DNA of 32,000 bases from Zymomonas mobilis subsp. mobilis ATCC 10988 (GTDB lineage Bacteria; Pseudomonadota; Alphaproteobacteria; Sphingomonadales; Sphingomonadaceae): assembly GCF_000175255.2 (NCBI RefSeq), contig NC_017262.1, positions 1,680,001 through 1,712,000 on the forward strand. Reading direction: 5' to 3'. The notes beneath the pieces were generated by a model that saw only the letters and a program-made list of their open reading frames with translations, was not told the origin of the DNA and searched no databases. Numbering within the stretch: the first letter of the stretch is position 1; each line of letters starts with the position of its first letter. This document shows, one piece after another, positions 26,230 through 32,000 of this stretch. The position numbers and the translations under genes were made by a program.

Positions 26230-26450
26230 GATTGCTTACTTTCTTCTCTGGAATATCCTCCGACAATAAAGCGGTCAGAAAAGAAAGATAGCCAAATTAT
26301 AGAGTATTCTTAAGAAAGAATTCTTTTGTTCTTTCTCTTATCAGGGCCCGTCAGGAATTTGCCTTTTGGCATCCTCTTCTATTACTTCCCTTAAAACGGG
26401 CCTGAATTTTGTATATTATCTGTTTTTTATATTTTTATGACAGACAATAA

Positions 26451-27255
26451 TTATCCAAAGGTTTTGGTGCGAACGCGCACAACATTGTGAGAAGCCGAGA
26501 TGAACAAGGTCTGGCCTTTTTCACCAAAGCAGCAGTTCGACAACGGCTGACCTGGGTTACCAGAAATAAGACCCAAGCATTCGCCATCTGGTGCAAAAAT
26601 ATAGATACCGCCAGGAGCAGAAGCAAAAAGATTGCCCTGTTTGTCGATATTCATACCATCAGGAAGACCGGCGAGCCCCTGATCGAAATATTCCTTGCGG
26701 AAGTTCCGCAGCAAAGTCCGGCTGGTTGGCAAGCCATTGCTATCCAAGGAATAAACCCAGATATTCGGGCTGGCGCGGTCTGAGTTAGAAACATAAAGTT
26801 TCGTTTCATCAGGGGACAGAGCCAAACCATTCGGGCGGCTAAGACCGGCTTCGATCAAATCTAAACGACCATCGGGAGAGAGACGGAACACACCATTGTA
26901 GTTCATCTCTTTGATGTCGGATTCATCAAGATTGGTCAGACCATAGGGCGGATCGGTGAAATAAACAGCGCCTGACTTCGAGAAGAAGAGGTCATTCGGG
27001 CTGTTAAAGCGTTTGCCTTTATAGTTATCGACAACAACGCTGCGCTGACGGGTGACCGGATCCACTTTCATGATCGCGCGCGTGCCACTGTCTGCAACCC
27101 AGATTTTGCCATCAGGGCCAACTTTCATACCGTTGGAACCCGGTTCACGGAACTGACCGGCCGGAATGGGTTCGGCATGACCTGAAGGTTTCAGGAAGAT
27201 GCTGACACCGGCATCAGGCGTCCATTTACGCATAATATTGGCGGGCGGATCACTA
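26451..27255 (-). pseudogene. gnl: Gluconolactonase gene, 3' fragment (codons for the C-terminal 267 aa), separated from its 5' part by an IS element
   Basis: It translates SDPPANIMRKWTPDAGVSIFLKPSGH...NVVRVRTKTFG (SMP-30/gluconolactonase beta-propeller). The frame joins the 28105-28372 fragment exactly once the IS and one TA copy are removed (ctg ctg ttt a|gt gat ccg). Confidence 0.9.
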
Positions 27256-28031
27256 GGTTTTGTTGACAAAGGAAGGTAACCACAATTTTACGGCCGCGAG
27301 ATGAAGGAAGGCGAGAAAAGATTTTCTGGTTTTGTCATAGCGTGTGGCAATGCGCCTGAACTGCTTTAGCTTATTAAACATCCGCTCAATACGATTACGA
27401 TCTTTGTAGTGCTGGAGATTATAAGGAATAGGCTTTTTTCGATTGGAACGAGGCGGGATAACAGGAAGAATGCCTCGAAAAAGCAGTTTTTCGCGTAACC
27501 TATCGCTATCATATCCTTTATCAGCGAGAAAACAGTGGGGTGTTGTGACAGGGATATCTATCAAGCTATCAGCGCCAGAATAATCAGAGACCTCACCACC
27601 GGTTAGTGCGAAAGCTAGAGGGCGGCCTTGACCATCGGAACGGGCGTGGATCTTGCTCGTAAAGCCTCCGCGACTGCGACCAAAGCCTTCCTTATACGTC
27701 CCCCTTTTGCGCCAGCCGCTTGGCTGTGGGCGCGAATAATCGTACTATCTATCATATGTTGCCAGTCATCTGTCAGGCCAAGGTCAACGAGAGTTTCAAG
27801 AAGAGCGTCCCACACACCCTGTTCTGCCCACCTACGAAACCGAACATAGACCGAATTCCATTTCCCATAACGTTCATGCATATCTCGCCACGGGCAGCCT
27901 GTTCGAAGCACATAAAGCATACCATTGAGAAATAACCGATTACTTTTGGCGGGACGCGCGCAGCGGCCTCGTTCGCTTGGAAGAAGACCCTGTATTATCT
28001 CCCACTCCGCGTCCGTCAGATCTCCTCGCAT
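27253..28031 (-). CDS. IS5-family DDE transposase, orfA (27615-28031) and orfB joined by a putative -1 programmed frameshift
   Basis: OrfA: MRGDLTDAEWEIIQGLLP...CPWRDM...DSTIIRAHSQAAGAKGG. The -1 frame is open from just upstream of the run A4G5 (reverse complement of 27700-27708). It reads ...GFGRSRGGFTSKIHARSDGQGRPLAFALTGGEVSD...LADKGYDSD...NRIERMFNKLKQFRRIATRYDK, the IS5-family signature. The stop TAG (27253-27255) uses the duplicated target TA. Confidence 0.85.
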
Positions 28032-28104
28032 CCTATCTACCCTACAAAACTTGTTCTCAAGTTATCTCTAAAAATCTTAAATTATACCCTTTGTCAACAG
28101 AACC
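27256..28104 (-). mobile_element. IS5-family (IS427-like) insertion sequence, 849 bp
   Basis: Terminal inverted repeats GGTTTTGTTGACAAAGG (27256-27272) and GGTTCTGTTGACAAAGG (reverse complement of 28088-28104) match at 16 of 17 positions. They are flanked by a TA direct repeat (27254-27255 and 28105-28106). It carries a two-frame DDE transposase. Confidence 0.92.
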
Positions 28105-28372
28105 TAAACAGCAGGAAATTGCCATTTTTGACCCATACAGGGCCTTCTGACCATTGAATATCAGATGCAATGACCTCAATTGGGGTAGAGACATCTAAAA
28201 TAGCATCAAGGCGAGGTGAAAATTTGGTAATCTTACCGATGGTAGATCCGTTCATATTATTCTTTGCAGCCTGAGCTGATCCTGTAATAGTGGCGGTTGC
28301 TGTCATAGCGGCGATAGGCACCATAACAGCTGCGGAAAGGCATTCTCGACGAGACATACGACCAATGGTCAT
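28105..28372 (-). pseudogene. gnl: Gluconolactonase gene, 5' fragment (Tat signal peptide plus the first part of the mature protein, 89 codons)
   Basis: MTIGRMSRRECLSAAVMVPIAAMTATATITGSAQA... carries a twin-arginine motif (SRRECL), then ...IQWSEGPVWVKNGNFLLF. The frame then runs into the IS inverted repeat and stops (RFC*). The ORF track opens 12 codons earlier, at 28408. Confidence 0.88.
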
Positions 28373-28618
28373 TTTACGACTCCTGCAACTAACCGCATCT
28401 TTATTCAAAAAAGGTCATAAAAAGTCTTGTTATTTTTCTAAAAAATTAAAGAAAAATCACGATAGTTAACGTCTCAAAAAATAAGTTTGAAAAAAAAGTT
28501 CGTCGAGGTTATCAATAATAACCAACCTGACCATATGGTAAACGTTGTCATAAAGCCTTCTCTGTCGTGATTCCTTTATAAAATCACATCCAAAATTTAT
28601 TATTCAGGGATAGGCTCT

Positions 28619-29356
28619 TTATTTTTGATCGTCATTGCCGCGACATTCTATTATTTTCGCAAAAACATCCTGAAACATATCTTCGGTCAGGCGACGAGTG
28701 TTCTGATTATAGCGCGAACAGTGATAACTATCGACTAACTGGATTTCTGGCGAAAGCTGATAGGCTGCCCCATGCTTAAAAGGCATAGAGGATAAAGTGA
28801 TGCCAAAAGCCCGCAAAATAGTCTGATGTGCAATATGTCCCAAGGCCAGAATAACTTTCAGATGGGGATAATGCGCCATTGCTCCCAGAAAGAACGGGCG
28901 GCAAGTTACCATCTCTTGCGTTGTCGGTTTGTTTTGCGGCGGAAGGCAGCGCACTGAATTTAAAACCACAGTCCCCTTTAATTTTAGACCATCATTGATA
29001 TCCGCCTGATAATGACCAGTCGCCAATCCATATTTCAGCAGTGTTTCATAAAGAAGAATACCTGCAAAATCGCCGGTGAAAGGTCGCCCCGTGCGATTGG
29101 CACCCTTCATACCGGGGGCAAGGCCAACGATAGCCAGCCAAGGATCGTCATCTCCAAAAGGCGGCACAGGGGCATTAAACCAATCAGGATGCTCTTTTTG
29201 TAAATCATGGCGGAGGCTTGCCAATCGGGGGCAAAGGGGGCAATCCCTCTCCGGCATAGATTCTTGAGGGGCTATGGAAAGGCTATTCTCTTTGTTGTCC
29301 TTTTTTGAATTTGGGTATTTCTTCTGAAAATCGGCGCTTTGTCTTTGCTTAGTCAT
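28619..29356 (-). CDS. Uracil-DNA glycosylase superfamily protein, family 4/5 type (probably UdgB-like)
   Basis: 245 aa. Motif GLAPGMKGANRTGRPFTGD, which I recall as the family-5 form GLAPxxxGxNRTGRxFTGD. N-terminal cysteines (CPLCPRL) fit an Fe-S cluster. C-terminal motif HCSRYN. Confidence 0.8.
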   Translation of the reverse strand: MTKQRQSADFQKKYPNSKKDNKENSLSIAPQESMPERDCPLCPRLASLRHDLQKEHPDWFNAPVPPFGDDDPWLAIVGLAPGMKGANRTGRPFTGDFAGILLYETLLKYGLATGHYQADINDGLKLKGTVVLNSVRCLPPQNKPTTQEMVTCRPFFLGAMAHYPHLKVILALGHIAHQTILRAFGITLSSMPFKHGAAYQLSPEIQLVDSYHCSRYNQNTRRLTEDMFQDVFAKIIECRGNDDQK

Positions 29357-29528
29357 TAGGGTGATATAGAATATATTTCTATTTTTAGAAATAAAAACAC
29401 TCTTTAAAATAAATTTTTCTGTTTTTAATGAATATATTTTTATAGAGTGATTTTTATTTTTTATTATTTGAAGTTATCTTCAATAAATAATTATTTTTAT
29501 TTAATTTTATTGTTCGAGGTTTCTATCA

Positions 29529-30080
29529 ATGCTTTACGCTATCGCACTAGGCTCTAATCGTTGGCATGGTCGGTATGGTCGGCCATCTGCGGTCATCGAG
29601 GCGGCGATTGCTGCATTGGAAAAAGAAAAGATTGCGATCCATTCTCGCGCTCCGATTTTTGAAACCTCAGCTGTCGGGCCCGGTGGACGGCGTTATGCCA
29701 ATTCCGCGATTATTATTAAAACAGATTTACAGCCGCTTGCATTGCTGGCGCTTTGTAAAAAAGTAGAACAGGCTTTCGGCAGACGAAAAGGGCAAAGATG
29801 GGGGGCGAGGGTGCTCGATCTTGATATTGTCTTATGGGAAAAAGGCCGCTGGCCACGAAAAATACAACCCCGCCTTCGCTACAAGCCTGCCTTGGCTGCA
29901 GGACAACCACCGGCTTTATGGCCAAAACTTCATATTCCCCATCTTGAGATCAGTCGTCGCGATTTTGTACTGAAGCCTCTGCTTTCGATCGCCGGAAATT
30001 GGCCTGTTTTTCAAAAAAATGGATTTTTTACGGTAAAACAGCTATATTTTCGCTATAAGTACTTGACCTCCAAGCAATAA
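29529..30080 (+). CDS. folK: 2-amino-4-hydroxy-6-hydroxymethyldihydropteridine diphosphokinase (HPPK)
   Basis: 183 aa. AIALGSN...FETSAVGP...RVLDLDIVLW...HIPHLEISRRDFVLKPL. It has an internal insertion relative to typical proteins of about 160 aa. GAGG lies 9 nt upstream of the ATG. Confidence 0.82.
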   Translation: MLYAIALGSNRWHGRYGRPSAVIEAAIAALEKEKIAIHSRAPIFETSAVGPGGRRYANSAIIIKTDLQPLALLALCKKVEQAFGRRKGQRWGARVLDLDIVLWEKGRWPRKIQPRLRYKPALAAGQPPALWPKLHIPHLEISRRDFVLKPLLSIAGNWPVFQKNGFFTVKQLYFRYKYLTSKQ

Positions 30081-30094
30081 CCCCCTAGGGAACC

Positions 30095-30127
30095 ACTCCC
30101 AGACGGGGAGTTAATCTTCTGTCTTTC
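30095..30127 (+). terminator. Possible terminator after folK
   Basis: Stem ACTCCC (30095-30100) pairs with GGGAGT (30106-30111) across a 5-nt loop, followed by a T-rich stretch (TAATCTTCTGTCTTTC). Confidence 0.4.
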
Positions 30128-30179
30128 AAAACAAGTCATTTTAGATATCCTCCGATATTTAAAATCATGACTTTAGGTT

Positions 30180-30255
30180 GGGTCCGTAGCTCAGTTGGTA
30201 GAGCAAGCGACTTTTAATCGAGAGGTCCCGGGTTCGAATCCCGGCGGACCCACCA
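30180..30255 (+). tRNA. tRNA-Lys (anticodon UUU), CCA encoded
   Basis: Acceptor stem GGGTCCG pairs with CGGACCC. D-arm TAGCTCAGTTGGTAGAGCA, anticodon loop CT-TTT-AA, T-arm GGGTTCGAATCCC, discriminator A and a genomic CCA. Confidence 0.95.
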
Positions 30256-30276
30256 CCTCTCTCTTCCTTACAATTT

Positions 30277-30305
30277 AAAAAAAAGACCCTTGCTTCACGC
30301 AAGAG
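30277..30305 (-). terminator. Intrinsic terminator after mfd
   Basis: On the minus strand, CTCTTGC pairs with GCAAGGG (7 bp including one G-U pair) across the loop GTGAA, followed by TCTTTTTTTT (plus-strand A-run 30277-30284). Confidence 0.8.
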
Positions 30306-30335
30306 CCTTCTCCTTATCCTAAAAATCTTTTCCCT

Positions 30336-32000
30336 TTATGACGCAATCGCTACTTTGGCCAAGCCACGGGAAAGCTGCATCAATCCATTCAGGCGGCTTT
30401 TAGGGTCAGGCCAGTTGCGCTGAATAACCAGCTTCTGATCGGGTCTTAATTTGGCAGTGCCTTTTAATTTCTGAATATAGGCTAGCAATCCGGTGACATT
30501 TGGGAAATTGTCATTATGGAAAGTAATCAGAGCACCCCGCGGCCCGACATCAAGGCGACCGATATGCGCTTGGCGGCAATTCATTTTTACTTCAATCACG
30601 GCTAACAGATTTTTGGTCTCGCTGGGCAATGACCCAAAACGGTCGATCATTTCGGCTGCAAATGATTCGATCTCTTCGCGATTCTTGATCTGGTTCATCC
30701 GGCGATACAAAGCCATTCTAAGACCCAGATCAGGCACATAGTCTTCAGGAATCAGAATAGGCGCATCAACCGTAATTTGGGGTGAAAATTCTTCATTTTC
30801 TTTTTCATCAATCAATCCACCAGATTTGGCGACCAAAATCGCATCTTCCAACATTGATTGATACAATTCAAAACCGACTTCTTTAATATGGCCAGATTGC
30901 TCATCCCCCAACAAATTACCCGCACCGCGAATATCAAGATCATGGCTGGCTAATTGGAAACCAGCCCCCAATGAATCCAAAGTTGAAAGGATATGCAGCC
31001 TTTTTTCGGCTGTTTCGCTGATAGAATGGTTAACCGGCGTTGTTAAATAAGCATAGGCGCGGGTCTTAGAGCGTCCAACGCGACCCCTGATCTGGTAAAG
31101 CTGTGACAGGCCAAAACGATCCGCCCGATAGACAATCATCGTATTGGCACTGGGGATGTCCAGACCGGATTCAACAATCGTTGTCGAAAGCAAAACATCA
31201 AATTTTTTGTCATAGAAAGCCGACATCCGGTTTTCGACTTCGGTAGCTGCCATTTGACCATGGGCAATAACAAACCGGATTTCCGGCACCTGTTCCGACA
31301 GGAATTTTTCGAGATCAGCAAGGTCGGAAATTCTTGGAACCACAATAAAGCTCTGGCCGCCGCGATAATGCTCCCGCAACAAGGCTTCACGGATCGCTAC
31401 AGGATCCCAAGGCATGACATAGCTTCTGACAGCCAAGCGGTCGACAGGCGGGGTTTGGATAACTGATAGCTCCCTAAGGCCTGACATCGCCATTTGCAGC
31501 GTCCTTGGGATAGGCGTTGCGGTCAAGGTAAGTTGATGAACATCATTTTTCAGGGCTTTCAGGCGCTCTTTATGGACAACGCCGAAATGCTGTTCTTCAT
31601 CAACAATAACCAAGCCCAGACGGTTGAAATCAATCGTTTTCGATAAAATAGCATGGGTGCCAATAACGATATCAATCGTTCCATCAGCCAAAGCTTCACG
31701 GCAGGCTTTGGCTTCTTTCGCAGGCACCAATCGAGAAAGACGACCAATTTGAAGCGGGAAGCCTTCAAATCTTTCGAGAAAATTGCTGTAATGCTGCCGC
31801 GCCAACAAGGTGGTCGGACAAACCAAGGCAACCTGTAACCCTGACATGGCGGCAACAAAGGCAGCTCGCAAGGCGACTTCTGTTTTACCGAAACCGACAT
31901 CACCACAGATCAGCCGATCCATCGGTTTCCCTTTGGCTAAATCCTCGATGACATCAGAAATGGCATGTTCCTGATCTTCGGTTTCCTGATAAGGAAAACG
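30336..32000 (-). CDS. mfd: Transcription-repair coupling factor Mfd, C-terminal ~555 aa (5' end outside the window)
   Basis: The frame stays open to base 32000 (RFPYQETEDQEHAISDVIEDLAKGKPMDRLICGDVGFGKTEVA). Contains helicase motifs GFGKTEVA and DEEQHFG, the translocation (TRG) region and the C-terminal D7 domain. Confidence 0.95.
   Translation of the reverse strand, partial: RFPYQETEDQEHAISDVIEDLAKGKPMDRLICGDVGFGKTEVALRAAFVAAMSGLQVALVCPTTLLARQHYSNFLERFEGFPLQIGRLSRLVPAKEAKACREALADGTIDIVIGTHAILSKTIDFNRLGLVIVDEEQHFGVVHKERLKALKNDVHQLTLTATPIPRTLQMAMSGLRELSVIQTPPVDRLAVRSYVMPWDPVAIREALLREHYRGGQSFIVVPRISDLADLEKFLSEQVPEIRFVIAHGQMAATEVENRMSAFYDKKFDVLLSTTIVESGLDIPSANTMIVYRADRFGLSQLYQIRGRVGRSKTRAYAYLTTPVNHSISETAEKRLHILSTLDSLGAGFQLASHDLDIRGAGNLLGDEQSGHIKEVGFELYQSMLEDAILVAKSGGLIDEKENEEFSPQITVDAPILIPEDYVPDLGLRMALYRRMNQIKNREEIESFAAEMIDRFGSLPSETKNLLAVIEVKMNCRQAHIGRLDVGPRGALITFHNDNFPNVTGLLAYIQKLKGTAKLRPDQKLVIQRNWPDPKSRLNGLMQLSRGLAKVAIAS

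Noticed and set aside
26451-27269. The ORF track shows a 272-aa ORF starting at a TTG inside the IS inverted repeat (MSTKPSDPPAN...), which could be read as an IS-gnl fusion protein.
   Set aside because: The first five codons are simply the IS terminus read in frame. There is no RBS, and I found no outward-facing promoter: TTGTCA in the inverted repeat has no -10 at a usable spacing. The product would also lack the Tat signal and the first ~50 mature residues. I treat it as a pseudogene fragment.
28081-28099. TTGACA (inside the right inverted repeat) and TATAAT close together, at first sight a consensus promoter for the transposase.
   Set aside because: The two hexamers are only 5 nt apart, so they cannot act as one sigma70 promoter. 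TATAAT may still serve as a -10 with a poor -35, but that cannot be supported from sequence alone.
30180-30335. tRNA-Lys as a possible integration site for a genomic island.
   Set aside because: There is no integrase, no duplicated tRNA 3' end that I could see, and no compositional shift. The tRNA is flanked directly by the folK and mfd terminators.
1-32000. Window-wide search for CRISPR arrays, defence-system-like clusters, toxin-antitoxin pairs and prophage genes.
   Set aside because: I saw no regularly spaced direct repeats and no nuclease, ATPase, methyltransferase or reverse-transcriptase type accessory ORFs. All larger ORFs are accounted for by housekeeping functions. The only mobile DNA is the single IS element.

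Overview
This window reads as ordinary alphaproteobacterial chromosome, not an accessory island. It is most likely Zymomonas mobilis. That call rests on my recollection of the Z. mobilis periplasmic gluconolactonase (Gnl) protein sequence, which I could not check here.

About 30 of the roughly 33 coding regions are recognisable housekeeping genes in conserved arrangements:
- pheA (3' end), convergent with mutY
- DUF721/DciA-like gene followed by a DsbA-like lipoprotein
- proA-nadD-rsfS-rlmH-(EnvC-like M23)-ctpA-dsbB-coq7 on the minus strand
- cpoB/ybgF-tilS-ftsH
- ubiG divergent from lysC-nmo-ptsP
- udg divergent from folK, then tRNA-Lys(UUU) and mfd (partial)

I found no CRISPR array, no prophage, integrase or defence-type gene cluster, and no toxin-antitoxin-like gene pair.

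Four things stand out:
1. An 849-bp IS5-family (IS427-like) element with 17-bp inverted repeats and a TA target duplication is inserted in the gluconolactonase gene, splitting it into two fragments that rejoin perfectly.
2. Three tandem paralogous genes encode small secreted proteins sharing a cysteine-pair / (E/D)(R/K)YR-x-P motif that I cannot assign to a family. The first follows an overlapping dsbB-coq7 pair by 6 nt.
3. The 172-bp udg/folK divergent spacer is extremely AT-rich.
4. Several small structured intergenic elements are present.

The paralog cluster next to dsbB-coq7 is the best candidate for an undescribed function. It is a modest candidate, and I do not claim a novel multi-gene system.
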